From assembly GCF_964204645.1 (NCBI RefSeq), contig NC_134031.1:11720088-11784087 (forward strand): a DNA stretch of 64,000 nucleotides, read 5' to 3'. Within the stretch, counting starts at the first letter, position 1, and every line of letters begins with the position of its first letter. Below, one piece after another: positions 24,155-37,984 of this stretch. This stretch comes from Tubulanus polymorphus. Lineage: Eukaryota; Animalia; Nemertea. The translations under genes and the position numbers were made by a program. The notes beneath the pieces were generated by a model, which was not told the origin of the DNA, did no database searches, and saw only the letters and a program-made list of their open reading frames with translations.

Positions 24155-25727
24155 TTAATAATTAATTAATTCTTTTAATAATCTATCTAGTTCTTCAATT
24201 TTTATATTACCATTTAAACTTATAATATAATCTAGTGTATTTTTTAATTCATTAATTTCTTTTATATTAGATTTTATTTTTTCTTTATTACTTTTTATAT
24301 TCAATTTTGAACTTATTCCGGTTAAAACACTTGAACTTAATCCTAACACACCAATTGATATAGCTAAAGGTGTTTATGGTGAGAATATTGCTAAAAATGT
24401 TATTACAGAACTAATTGTAACTGAACCACTAATAATAAAACAATATATAATTTTCCTTTTTAAATATTTTTTCTTTTAAACTTTTAAATCATTTTCAAAT
24501 TTTAATATTTGTTTTTCCAAATATAATTTTAATTTAGTTTTATTTATATCATGAGGAATAATATTAACACCATCAACTTTATCATCCATTTATTTAGCAA
24601 AAAAATTACTAATTTGTAAATTTATAAGCAACAAATATAACAATAACTGTTCCACCTAAAATCCAAATTATTTCATATTTCTTCTGTTCTTTACTTGGGG
24701 TATAATAATCTGATAATTTAGGTTTGTATAGATGTAATTTTCACGATTTTTTACTGCATTATATAAACTCATAGCTTCATCGACTGATTGAAAATCTGTA
24801 TGTGTAATTTTCTGATTATATAATTCTTTATTAATGTAATCCATGGCCCAGGTCCACAGTTCTGAGTTACGATTTGACTCTGGGTTAAAACATTGAAAAT
24901 GAACTAACTTAAACTCAGAGTTAACTCTAACTCACGACTGTGGAACTGGGTCCATATAGTTTTACCTCTTTTCTCTATATTCTTCTGCAGCTTTATTATA
25001 TTTCTCTAATGCTAAATTATGTCTTCTTTGTTCTCCTTATGAATTATTTTTATCAATATGCTTAAACAAATATCCGCCACCAGTAAATGCTAAAGCGTTA
25101 ACAATTGCCGACCCTATAATAGTTATAATTGCAGAAGCCATTTATTTAGTAAAAAAATTATGCATTTATAAAGGAGGATTATATTTTTGTTTTTCTAAAT
25201 AATCAATCGTTAAATTAGATAAAGTAACTGCTAATGTTAATTTTAAAATATCATTGATATCAAATCTATCAACATTAACACTTCCCACTTTAAATAATTG
25301 TTTTAATACCATTTAATAACCAACAGTTCCAGCTGACAGTTGCTCCATTATATAAACCAGTTATTATCCACTTATTATCACTCATTTATTAATCAAAAAA
25401 ATCACCTTCTTCAAAATATTTAGTTATCTTATTTATGATTATTTCAACATTTATTTCATTACTACTTTTATGATTGTCATATATTTTAGATAATATATTT
25501 TTAATATCATCGATAATTCCATCTTCATTTAATTCATAATATTCTAAAGGTGTTTTGATTAAATCAATTACTTTTTCTATATTATAATTTCCTTTATTAA
25601 TCATGGATGCATTGTTAAATGATTTACCATTAATATCAGTAATTACATCATTTAGTTTAATTCTCATTTCTTTACCATGTTTAAAATCAAACCCAAAACA
25701 TATACTCGGTCCAACAGTTATATTCAT
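24155..25727 (-). pseudogene. Four small accessory genes of copy C (starts at 24589, 25141, 25385, 25727)
   Basis: Each homologous to genes in 14393-15443; three have TAAATG starts. Confidence 0.7.
24845..24952. mobile_element. 108-bp MITE (PIF/Harbinger-like) in a copy C gene
   Basis: TIR GGCCCAGGTCCACAGT / ACTGTGGAACTGGGTC; CAT duplicated on both sides; empty site ATCCATATAG in copy B (~14651). Confidence 0.85.
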
Positions 25728-25742
25728 TTGTATATCAAAAAA

Positions 25743-26501
25743 TTACTCTTTACATCTTATAACTAATTCATAAATTACAGGAAAGTTATTCAAATCAATT
25801 AGATATCCATTATAATTTCTAATTTCTAATCTAAAATTATTAAATTGAGGGATGCATGGTTTGAAATCACACTCAGCTAAACTATAATTTATTTGCGTTC
25901 CAAATTCTTTAACATTCTTCAATTGTAAAATATTCAATTAACCAGAATTACAAATTGTATCTTTAGTTGCTTCAAATGTTTTTGTAGGATCAATTAAATT
26001 GCAATAAATATAAAAGTGTGTAAAAGGCATTAAGTTTGGTGTAGCATCAGCATTACGTATCCTTACATCCGGGGTTATTCCTAAAATTTTAGCTAAAGGT
26101 TTTTTAACTAGAAATTGATGCTGATCTTCATTGCCTACTTTTATTCTTACTTTATCAAAGCTATCACTTTTAATAAGTCTTAATCCAAATCCAGCAGATG
26201 CACCCATTTTTGAGCGTGCTCTTTTATCAATTTCTTGAGCTAATGTTTCTAAATTATATAATCCTGGTTTAAGATAAAGATGAAACCATCTATTCTTATT
26301 TCTGTCATGAATTAAAAAGACTCTATGTTCAATAGATTTATCCGATATATTGTAAAATGAGTTACATAAACTAATATTTACTCATTTTAAATCTACGCAA
26401 TTTTTAAATTCTCTATCTAATTGTACCAGTAAATTATGTGATTTATAATTTTTTAGTCTTCTTGAATCAACAAATATTCTATAATCTTTTAATTCTACCA
26501 T
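25743..26501 (-). pseudogene. Minor capsid protein (penton), copy C
   Basis: Paralogue of 15460-16165 with in-frame stops. Confidence 0.75.
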
Positions 26502-26515
26502 TTATTTTACATATT

Positions 26516-26869
26516 TTATTCGAAATCTATATCATGGTGCCCTTTTTCATTCTTACCTTTATATATGAAATAGAAATCTCCAGAACATAATTCTTCTAAA
26601 TCTTCACTAGATAATCTATGAAATCTATCTGGTAAATATGTTCTGAATTTATATTTATTTCCTTTTAATCCTTCTTATTCAAAGTGGATAACTAATTTAT
26701 CTCCATATTTGTTAATAACTGTATCAATATTTGTAATTAGATATTTCTTATGAATTGTTAATTCTGTTAACTTCTTAAATTTATAATCTGCTGATATAGC
26801 ATTTGTGATATCTTTTATTCTAGCTAGGAATGATTTGTTGTTCTCACTGTGTATTTGTTTACTCTCCAT
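26516..26869 (-). pseudogene. Paralogue of the 7451-7777 protein (possible OB-fold)
   Basis: ..FKKLTEL..KYGDKL..*..YLPDRF..YKGKNEKGHHDIDFE; one internal stop at 26675. Confidence 0.65.
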
Positions 26870-26899
26870 TTTAATAACAATTTTTTAATTAAAATTTGA

Positions 26900-29800
26900 T
26901 TAACATGCTAGAATTCTTTTAATAATCTCATTCTCTTTTGTTTCTTCTCTTTTAAACTTTAAGTATTCATCTAAATTACAACCATAAGCAACTGTGTGTA
27001 TACCATCATCTAAAATATATCTTTTATCGTCAAATGGGTTTAGACTTATCTTCTCTATCTCTTCAAAAAACATTTCATGATCTTCTGATCTTAAATATTT
27101 CATCTTATGTTTTCTAACTTCTTCATTGAATATACAATTGATGTAATCTTTGAAATGAATATTCTTTTCAACAGCGCTTTTGGTAATTCCTTTTAACTTT
27201 TTAGATTCATGAGTTTTGGTTTCATATGAATCTATTTTAGATCGAATTCCAATGAACTCTCATTCTCAGTCATTTCTTCACCACCTAATTCATCTTAGAA
27301 TTTACCGGGTCGCTTTTTATTTTCAGTATTATATAATTCATGAGCTTTTGGATAATTACTGAAATCAAAATGGTGTTTTAATGTTTTTAAATCATCTGTT
27401 ATGTTATTAGTTTTTATCTTAAATATGTAACTGTCAGTATCAAAATATAAGATTTCTATATGCTTTTCTCCAAAATGAGGTTGTAATACATTATAATAGA
27501 ATTCATACATTAATAATTTTGATATTTCTAAAACTGATGCTCCAACATAAATTGGTTTATTGAATTTCATAGAAGTTCTTCTCATTTTAACTGCAGCTAA
27601 ATTTTTATCAAATATTCTGTTACCTATGAACTTAGGATATGTTTGTAAATGCCTTATCCTTTTACCATTACTAACTAACTCAATATCATTTCTATTTCTA
27701 ATATTTTCACAAGTCTTACCATAGAATGCATTATTCATTAACTTGAAGAAATCTTTCTCAAAATCAGTTTTAGCTTTAGTTCTCTGTTGAAATCTATATA
27801 TTTTTCTAACCATTTAGATTGACTGAATGAAATATATCTATGTACTTTTTTTAGAACCATTCCTTGATTCAAATAAAACTTCAACATTCTATAATGTACT
27901 ACATAATTATATTTATCTTCCTGAGTTACCATTAACTTTTCAGTATGAATATGATTTTCGGGTTTAATTCTTTTTTGGTAATTTGATAATTCTTCATGTG
28001 TTACAGTTTTATGTTCGGGGCAGTATGCTGCATTCCTTGATTTAAATTTAATGTTTTCAGGATATTCCAAATCTACAACAAAGAAGTAACCAGTATCTGA
28101 ATCATCTGCAATATCTAGAATTCTTTTCTTCCAATCAAATTTATCATTATTTTCATGTTGTAAAACTTCAGTTATTTCAAATACTCCATAAGGTTGTGGT
28201 TCCATCATTGCCAAACCATATAGATTATTTGCGTCTATATATAATAATTTATATCCAGGGTGGGTTATCATTTACATTGAAATATATATCGCCTAATACA
28301 CCCGAAACTCCTCCTCTTATAGATTTTTCCAATAATAATAATTGATTTATATTTGTTAACAAATCCATTTTTATATCTGTAAATTTCAAACCACAGTCCC
28401 AAGTTAAACCTGGACTAGAATAACAATGACATGGATCAATATTGAAATATTTTAGATTTACATCTCTAAACCATTCAAATATATCAGTTAATAATAATAC
28501 ATCTGATTTTAGATATAAATCTACTAATTGTCCATGATTTTTCATTCCAAAATGATTCCAAATATTCAATGTTCTATGGTAGACTTCATCTTTAACATAT
28601 TCATTTTTTAATTCATCATAGAATTGTTCTTTTAATAATTCAGTTATATTGAAATCATTATGTGATTTATAAAATGAATATGGAATTGCTCCTTTATATC
28701 TCATTAATTGAAAATCATCATTATTTGGATAGTGTTGCTTTAATATGTTTAATTCATCATCAACTAATGATTTTGATAAATTATCTAATGAACTACTTAA
28801 AAATCTATATGAATCTATAAATCTTAGACACCCAAATTGGAAAGATATATAGTTCTCAGATGTTTTAGCTTACATTTTAAATTTATATGTTGGTATTTAA
28901 TCTTTGATCTATTTGGATTTAATCTTTCTATTTCATTATTGATTTCTTCTATTTTATGGCATAGCTGTTTGATAAATAAATGAGCATCATACCCTGATAA
29001 ATTATGAAATATAACTGGAACAAAATTGATTTTCTTAGCTTGTAAGTTACAAATCTCATTCGCCGCACCTCTAAACTTTCCATTCAAATGATCATGGTCT
29101 CTAACTTTTTTATCTTTTAGATTAAATGTCTTTTCACAATAAAAACATTTATCAGCAAACTCAAATTCTTCTTTATCTTCGTCTGTCATAATTATTTCTA
29201 TATTTGTATCTAATAGTTTACTAAATTTTATTTCATATTCAATTAATAAGTCACAAAAATGATTTATAACATTTTCATTTCTATAATTATAATATTCACT
29301 TGAAATTAGTTCTGGATAATCAGATTTTATATATAATCCAAAAGCTGTAGCTGATTGATGAATCTTTTTAATAGTATTTGTTTCTGGTGGTTCTTCTGAA
29401 AAATCATTTTCATAGTTTAGTTTCTTTCTTTTATAATATATTTCTTTTCTATCGTGATCAGTTAATTCTTTATTGAGTGACTCGAAGTCACCATATATTA
29501 CAAATGGTACTTTGTTTTTGTAATCATATTTTTAAAATTCTAATATTTTATCCTTTTCATTTGGTAAAAATAATTAACAATAATCATGATTTTCACATAA
29601 TTGTTTATGATTTGATAATGCAGTTTCAGTTCTAAATTTATGTAAACATTTTCTACATAGATATATTTTATTATCAAAATCATTTTCTGATTTAAAAAAT
29701 AAATCGATTTGTTTAATCCACATATAATGATTTTCATAATATAGTATATCTATAACATCATTTGAATCATAATTTTGATAGGTATAAAGTTTCTAATGTA

Positions 29801-30947
29801 TAATGTTTTATATTGTTACCTTTCGTATTTGGTAATTTGATTAAATCGAATACATTTATTTTTAGATTATTATCCCTTTCAATTTTTGGAATATTTTTAA
29901 TTCTAACTGGATAATTATCTATCTTATAATTATTTTCAAATTGTTTATAATTTGTTAATCTAAAACTATGTGTTATATCTTCTGTTGGATGTAAGCAACT
30001 TATAACTGTCCATAGAAAACATTTATCATCAGAATTGTGTACATTTATTACAGCATTAGTTGTAAATGGTTATTTGATATAACTTGATCCATTTATAATA
30101 TCATCATTATAATATGATAAATTATTTTCATCAATTGGTTTTGATTTAGTTAACTTATTATATTTTGTGTTATAAACATGTAAAGTCATAAATATTATTT
30201 CATCAAATATTAACCCAGATCCTTCAAAATATTTCTCTTCTATTTTAGTTTTTACTTCATTATAACATTTATCTAATTTTTCATCTATATGTTGTTTCAT
30301 CTATATATTGTTGAAATAATATGTTGTGAATGGGAATTTATATTATATATTGGTTTATCTTCAGATTTTATAAACTTAACTTTAACTGATATGCTAATTT
30401 TAGGGTATTCAATATTTTCACAATATTTTTCATATTTTCTAAATGTTTTTTTATTTTCTTCTAATGTTTTTCCTTTATGAAATTTAAACTCAATAGCAGC
30501 TGGACCAACATCACTTTTAAATGCTTCAGTTATCTCTACTTCTTTTTTATTATCTAATGAATTGATATAATTTCTAATATCTTCCATGTATGGTCTTTTA
30601 CTGTTTAATTCATTTTTTATTCTTTTAATTGTCTTCTGTTTCTTATCATTATCTTTATCAAAATAATCTTCACCTATAATATCATCATTATTAATATTTC
30701 TAATATGACTTATAGATTTTAAATGTTCTTTATAATATCTTTTATCACTGAATGATTGATTACATGTATCACATTTATATATTTCTTTTTCATTCTTCAA
30801 TTCATCTTATTTAGTTTCTAATTTATCATCTTTATATTCTAATTTCAATTTATTTTCTAAATGTGTTCTAGTTTTATTATGTCTTGCTTTTTGAGATTTA
30901 TCTATATTAATTTTACATGTCGGACAGTAGTACTTATTTGCTTCCAT
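26900..30947 (-). pseudogene. polB: Protein-primed family B DNA polymerase (copy C), intein-free allele
   Basis: Many frameshifted fragments; YIDANNLYG, KLMNNAFYGK, uninterrupted ILYFDTDSY (27427-27453). Confidence 0.95.
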
Positions 30948-31017
30948 TTTAATATCAAATTTTTTATTGAAATTGATTTTAGAAGTTATTCATATTCATA
31001 TATATGAATATTATAAG

Positions 31018-31169
31018 AGTAATAGGGAATATGTTGTTTCATATCAAAGGTTGAAGGGGCGAGTGAGTAAAAAATGAAAAATAAATTCGAGCGTGCGAGA
31101 ATTTATTTTTCATTTTTTATGAGCTCGACCCTTCGACCTTTGGTATGAAACAACATATTCCCTATTACT
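31018..31169. repeat. 152-bp near-perfect palindrome whose arms match the Maverick terminal motif
   Basis: ~70-bp arms AGTAATAGGGAATATG...AAATTC around a ~10-nt loop; right arm (reverse complement) matches 7120-7165 at 35/46 ungapped positions. Confidence 0.9.
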
Positions 31170-32622
31170 AACGATAAAGTCGCCATTTGTATAATACCCT
31201 AGTTCATTCACAGGTGGCGCTTAAGTAGGCCTACAGTACATCATAATACATAAGAGGGGCCATATGCAGTTGACACCAAAAGTGGTCTTGATTCTTAAGA
31301 CCTGTATCAAGTTGTTTGATTGGCTAGAGAACTATGGTGTAAGACTGATCCCTATATTGCGATGAACAAAAAATGAAGTGAGATATATATGCCTACATAA
31401 TTCCCAAGACTGCACAGAGTCAAACGAGTCGATTAAAACCCCGATAAATGAATGTTGGTGCACAAAATATATTTATTACAATAACGGCCGGATGAATACA
31501 TAGTTCTGTTCAGGCCAGTACAGTATCATCATCAGAACCAGTGTTACGGTACGTCCGGAAACTATATTCTGAATTAGTGCATACTGCAGATGATCTTTGA
31601 AGACGCATAGGCGATTAGTGAAACCGATAATATGATGATATTAAAGTGAAACCTGACGTACCGGGTAGACGTTTTTAAGTTTTTTTCTTTAAATTCCCTT
31701 TGAGGCCAAATTGTTTGTGTTTGAGATCCTCATGTGGTTGTAGTCCTCAAAATCGATTAAGTCGGCAAACAATATTGGGCCCAATTTTGTTTTACACTTT
31801 GAGATTTTTTTTTCTAAAAACCTCTTAAAATCGGTGGCAGGCGCAAGCAAAAGACATGAATAAAATAATTTGAAACGATACCAAGAATTATAACAACATA
31901 ATTTTATTGTAATATGATTTTTGAAAACGATTTGTACCAGTCGATTCCTCATACAAAAATAAATATAAAACGACGAGAGTTTCATAGACTTGGATACACT
32001 ACGGTGCAAAAGTAAAGGAATACTCAAATCGACAGTTCACGACGTATTGCATGTAGCGTCGACCTGCCGACCCTGAAAAATACCAATTCTAATTCTATTT
32101 TCTTATATATTTCAGCAAAAATTCATATTTTCATTTTAGTTGTAACGGGTTCCGCATGAAACTTTTGTTTCCCTATCGTCTTGACTTTTAACCTGTTTAG
32201 CTTAATATGATTAAAAGCATTAGTATTTCTTAATTTATTTCTATAGAATACAGCGTAGTCTTCTATTGTATGATCGAAAACTAGTTTGAATCTGAACATC
32301 CCGATCACCTTGCCACCGTTTCAGCTCAATCTGTTGAATGGGTTTTCATTTTGCATTGATTCAAACGACTGGCCACTCAGGGCAGGTTCTGGAAAATCTG
32401 CAGAATGATTCATATGCAATTACAGGTAAACAGCCGATTTACTCACAGAGGCTCGTATCAGAGTTGTAGGTAATGTAAAAACGATAATCTGTTAATCAAA
32501 TTTAATATGTAATAGATGAAATCTAAGTGACGGACGCTTCGTCACTGCAGCTTGATTTAATTTTTACGACTAAGATTAAGAAATCATAACGATTCGAAAT
32601 CAACCTCGTTCACGTAGGCCTA

Positions 32623-34736
32623 TAGTCAGTAACCTGACTGTGGTTTAGTTTCACGATCGGATATTTTCACAAACCACAGTCAGGAATGGGAAGGTCATTT
32701 TTGTATGAAATCTTCGTCAGCCAATTTGACTGACGAGTAATTTGCCTGGCATTTCATTGTCTCTTAAGATATCTGTCTCATTTTTGTTGTAATCGACGCA
32801 CAACAGATTCGTAGTTTGTCTGATACCTATAACACCTCACCTGACGATCTTAATCCATGTGCAAATCGGCCGTAAAGTGAGAGTAAATTTCCGTCCAGTC
32901 AACAGCTGCCATTTTGAAAATTACTGGAGGTGCTGGCACCTGTAGACTGAGGCCAGGACAACAGCACAAACTAACAAAGCGAAACGACGAAATTTAAAAA
33001 AATTAAAAAATCAACACTTATTCACATTTTTCTTTTACCAGAAATTTATAATTTCATTATTTATTAAGGAAAACACGAAGACTTGAAATAAAAGTTGGAA
33101 AACCATCAAAAATAAAAATTGTCGTTTCGTCTTGGAAGTTTTATATAAATCCTTGTAGGTCCCCTTGTCTTATCATGCCACATGTACAATACAGAGAAAT
33201 GGCGGCCAATGGCGAAATTTGTGGAGAAATTAATTAATTTCTCAAAATAATGTTGATTAATCACTCGAAACATACATAAAATTGGATTATTTCGAAAGGT
33301 ACCTGTGTTAGTTTGTGAATTAAGCCATTAATTGTGGACTGAAGTGAATTGAAAGTATATTTTTGAAGTGTTACTTTTTTCAACCGTGTTTTGGTCCTTG
33401 TCATCCCTAACGTTGGTATAAGCCCATCCGATTATAAAAAGCTTACCACCAACGATTAGGTAACTAACTAGTAGGCCTATGGAGTGTAAGTAACAAAAAC
33501 ACTCAAAATAATGTCAGTGACTAAAACACCGAGAAAATTAATTTGTTGTCAATGAAACTGGAAAGAAACTCTTACTAAGTCTTAAAGTCTATCAATTTTA
33601 TTTCGATGTTGAAATTGTTCTGTAGATTTGGGCCCCGAGCATTAAATTATTGAAGAAATTAAATCAATTCTTACTGTTAAGCTTGGAAAAATGAAAACTA
33701 ATGCCATTTAGTTAAGTGGTGGGGGAAAGAAAGATGAAACTTCAACTTTAAGGTTCGATTAATTTCTGGTTATTAAAAATTTTGGCTTAAATTTTGATTA
33801 GGAAAATTATAATGAACCTGTTCATTTCATCTGTAGATCAAATGAAATTCAATTTTCTATGAAAATAACTTGACCAATTTCTTAACTAAACATAAAATGG
33901 TCTTTGGCTACCCGGGGTAGGTCGGTTTACCACTGCTTAAAAGATTACTATTTCGATTTGTATCAGGAATTTTTCAATGGTTTATAAACCATACTTTGTA
34001 ATACCCGAAATGTAAAAACACCAACATTATGGTGAAACTTAATTCACAAACTAACACAGGTACCTTTCGAAATAATCCAATTTTATGTATGTTTCGAGCG
34101 ATTAATCAACATTATTTTGATAAATTAATTAATTTCTCCACAAATTTCGCCATTGGCCGCCATTTCTGTGTATTGCATACATGTGGCATGATAGACAAGA
34201 TGACCTACAAGGATTTATATATTACTTCCAAGACGAAACGACTTTTTTTATTTTTTAGATGGTTTTCCAACATATATTTCAAATCTTCGTGTTTTCCATA
34301 ATAAATAATGAAATTATAAATTCTGGTAAAAGAAAAATGTGAATAAGTGTTGATTTCTTAATTTTTTCAACTTCGTTGTTTCGTTAGTTTGTGTTGTGGT
34401 CCTGGCCTCAGTCCACAGGTGCCAGCACCCTCCACACGTTTTCAAAATGGCCGCCGTCGAATCCACGGAAATTTACTCTCACTTGACGGCCGATTTGCAC
34501 ATGGATTAAGATTGTCGGGTGAGATTTTATGGGGATCAAACAAACTACGAATCTGTTGTGCGTTGATTACAACAAAAATTAGACGGATGTCTTAAGAGGC
34601 AATGAAATGCCAGGCAAATTACTCGTAAATCAAATTGACTCACGAAAATTTCATTGAAAAATGACCTTCCCATTCCTGACTGTGGTTTGTGAAAATATCC
34701 GATCGTGAAACTAAACCACAGTCAGATTACTGACTA
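32623..34736. mobile_element. 2.1-kb non-coding foldback element with ~700-bp TIRs (Academ-like TAGTC ends)
   Basis: 32623-33324 is an inverted repeat of 34039-34736; each TIR has an internal hairpin CTGACTGTGGTTT...AAACCACAGTCAG; no clear TSD; superfamily tentative. Confidence 0.75.
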
Positions 34737-34830
34737 GCTTCTAACGAAACTAATCCCGTCAACTTCCAATGAATAGTTCGTGAATTATAGGCCTATGTCT
34801 TTGAACGCGAAATTAGGGCCGAAATCGCCT

Positions 34831-36963
34831 GGACCGAAAATGATATGACGCCGGTTTTTGCCGATTTCGAAATTTAAAACGTTGAGTTCGACACGAAATC
34901 TTTCACCGATTTTGATGATCGAGGGCTTCAAATGCGCAAAACTTTCTATATTTTCTGGATATTGCGGTTGTTTCGTTAATCCATACGATCTTCCAGCTTT
35001 GCAAACACGAATTTTTCGATTTTACGTCAATACACGCACTCGATACGCGATCGCAAGATGTCGACCTTGAACTTGAACTAGCAACAGGTCCGCAGTGAAT
35101 CTTAATTCGTAACAATTCAATCAAATAATGTTTAATCTTATTTAAGCTAGAATGAACACGATCAGGTTATAATAGATTCTGAATTTCACATAAATATACA
35201 CAGAAAATAAATTGGAAATAAAATTCATTTCGGTTCAGCATTGCGCTAAGCATTGTGGGAGATGACAGTTGCCATTTTTATATATGAGGATTCCCCCACC
35301 CACTTAGACCTTTTCGCTAGTGTCTACACGGTACTTTTTTTCGGAATAAAATAATTAATTTGCTGAGGTGAACAGATGTGTAAATATTATATGTTTAAAA
35401 TAAAAATAAAATTATTAGGCTATTATAATTATCATTCTCATAAGACAAATCAATCATGGATGTATAAACTAGTGTATCAAAAATCTAGTTTTAAGTTTTG
35501 CCCATGGTCTTATCTTGCCTAATAAAGCATAGAATGGTTGAGGGATATATTGGACTGCATATGATGTTGGTTAATTGAAGGTATTTAACATCTTCCATGC
35601 CTCCCAGCTAATTGGACTTTTGATGGGTAGTGATTGAATGAATTGGTGGCTGATGACGTTAAAACACTCAAAATCAATACAGCTGTATCTAGACTCATTT
35701 CAAAATACAACAAACATTTTCGAAACAATTTGGGATACATGTATGTATATATTTATTACATAGAATACAGGTATACAGAAAGAACAGAATTCAAATTCAT
35801 TTGCCATCGGAAACCCGTACATTTATATTTAATTCTTTCTTGAATGAGATAAATTTTTCGGCGCAAATATACAAATGTATGCCAGCAGAAAAGCGATGAT
35901 GTCATAATAGGGACTCCCATCGAACTTAGCACTATAGATAGCACCTGTAAAACTATCTAAGCTAAAAATGCCATTTCTGGCGATGTAGTTTAAAAAACTG
36001 TAACAGCTGAAAACAGCGGAAATGGCATTTTTTTAAAACATGCCAAAAATGTCAGAAAACACCGATTTCCGCTAAATTGGCAGAAGCAGTTTAAAACTGA
36101 GTAATCCATAAATGGCTGATTCTGCCGATATTGGTGGAAAACGCCGAAATTGGCAGAATAAGCCGTTTTTGGAAAGTGTTCCTGACTGGTACCTAGCCGT
36201 TGTTCCTCAAACAACGTCTAGGGCGTAAGTGCTCATATAAGGTTAATTTTCGTCCCTCATTTTGAGGGACGAGGCTTTGAGTGTCTATTTCACCCCTTAT
36301 AACACCATCAACTTACCTCAAACTGACTTTTCTGTAATCAGATGGAAGTTAACTATTGTTTGCATGAAATTTGTAATCCTAAGTAGCTATTGACGATCGT
36401 AGTAGCTCAAAACTTTTGACTAGTCGCTTCAAAAAACAGTTGAAGTGAAGCAACATAACAAATATGGCGGCTTTTAGTGTTGCATGAGGGGATCTCATTT
36501 ATCTACCAAAATTAACATTTAGAGTAATTTTAGAGAGACATATTGAATTTGCACATTTTATTAATTTAGTCCATATTGGAAAACCAGATTGTGGCAATCA
36601 ATTCAAATCAAATCAATAGATTCTCCGATTCGCGATTTAAATCATCAAAAATATTATTATAAAACACGTTTTCAAAGTCAACAAGGTAACTTATTAATTT
36701 ATTTTAGTACAAAGGGTTGATTTGACACTAAAATCAGTTGTTGCATTGCAATTAACTGGAGTTAACCTCTATATGATACTTAAGCATCAGACGTTGTCGG
36801 GAACCGTAACAACGACTGGTATTCCGACTAGGACCGAAAATGCTATGACGCCGGTTTTTGCCGATTTCGAAATTTGAAACGTTGAGTTCGACGCGAAATC
36901 CTTCACCGATTTTGATGATCGAGTGCTTCAAATGCGCAAAACATTCTATATTTTCTGGATATT
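34831..36963 (+). repeat. Two dispersed ~133-bp direct repeats (34831-34963 and 36831-36963), probable transposon-end fragments
   Basis: GGACCGAAAATG.TATGACGCCGG...TTTTCTGGATATT with few substitutions. Confidence 0.8.
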
Positions 36964-37984
36964 CCAGTAATAATTCCAGTTTAGATACATTTTTTCGGAA
37001 TATTTTTTGTAGTCTTCGTCCAGATCATGAGATAAATAGGACATAATTCATCTTATTAACATATGATTTTATTTGTATATTCCTTTTTCATATATGAGTC
37101 AAAATATGGTGTCCTAAAATTCCTGTTACGTCCGGGAAATGCCAAAATTACAAATTTAATCATGAACAAAATTGAATCCAACAGTATTATTCTGTAGTTA
37201 AGAGTATACCTAAGTATAAGTAAAATGGAAAAGATAGTTCATCAGTCCTAACAACCTTAATTATGTAATTAATGAAAATTCCTGGACGTAACTTGGGACA
37301 CAAAATGTAAATCAAAAATTTGATTTATCGGCATGATGTTCTATTTTTTTTATAATTTTATCAATGTCACTGTAAAAATTAATAATCATAGACATCCCTT
37401 CACATGAAACTATGAAGTTGAAACATTATTTTCAGAGATTATCTCCAAAAATATTACTGGATGTAACAGGACGCGATAAGGATATTCCAAAGTGTTACAT
37501 TTTTCAAATTTTCGCAGGTTTAGTTTGTGCAAACGAGTTAAATAAGTTAAATATCATTTAATAAGACTTTTGGGAGACATTTGGAACTCCCTAATTTTCC
37601 AGAGAATAGGATTGGCAAGAAATTTAAATGCAAGATGTAAGAATGTTGAAAAAATATTGCAGCCGGAATTAAATTAATTTTTTTTAGTTTAATTGCATTT
37701 TATTTATTTGTTTACTAACACTTTGTATTCAAGTTTATTGTTGTGAGTATCCGAGTTAACCTGTACTGATGAACATGTTGTATATGCTTTCCATTTTGCT
37801 TTAGCATGTACAGCAGGCCCACGGCTCGGTGATGCACCTTAACAACTAACCCAAGAAACATGGAACAATAAATATTATCATCAAATCTAATAAAAAATTA
37901 GGTATAATGAAATGAAACAGTCAAGGAAGATTTTGTTCCATCTCTCTTAATAAAGGGCCGAAACACAGAGGCTGGAATTGACAA

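Larger units (their letters stand above)
23136..31169 (-). mobile_element. Maverick/Polinton copy C, partial, truncated on the left by copy B
   Basis: Paralogues of copy B genes in the same order plus intein-free pPolB; right boundary is uncertain (between about 30990 and 31169). Confidence 0.85.

Noticed and set aside
17559-30947. Programmed frameshifting or an alternative genetic code explaining the split ORFs
   Set aside because: Breaks fall at different positions in paralogous copies and involve different stop codons and indels, consistent with decay (or some sequencing error)
34831-36963. LTR pair spaced exactly 2000 bp apart
   Set aside because: No TG..CA ends, PBS, PPT or TSD; spacing treated as coincidence
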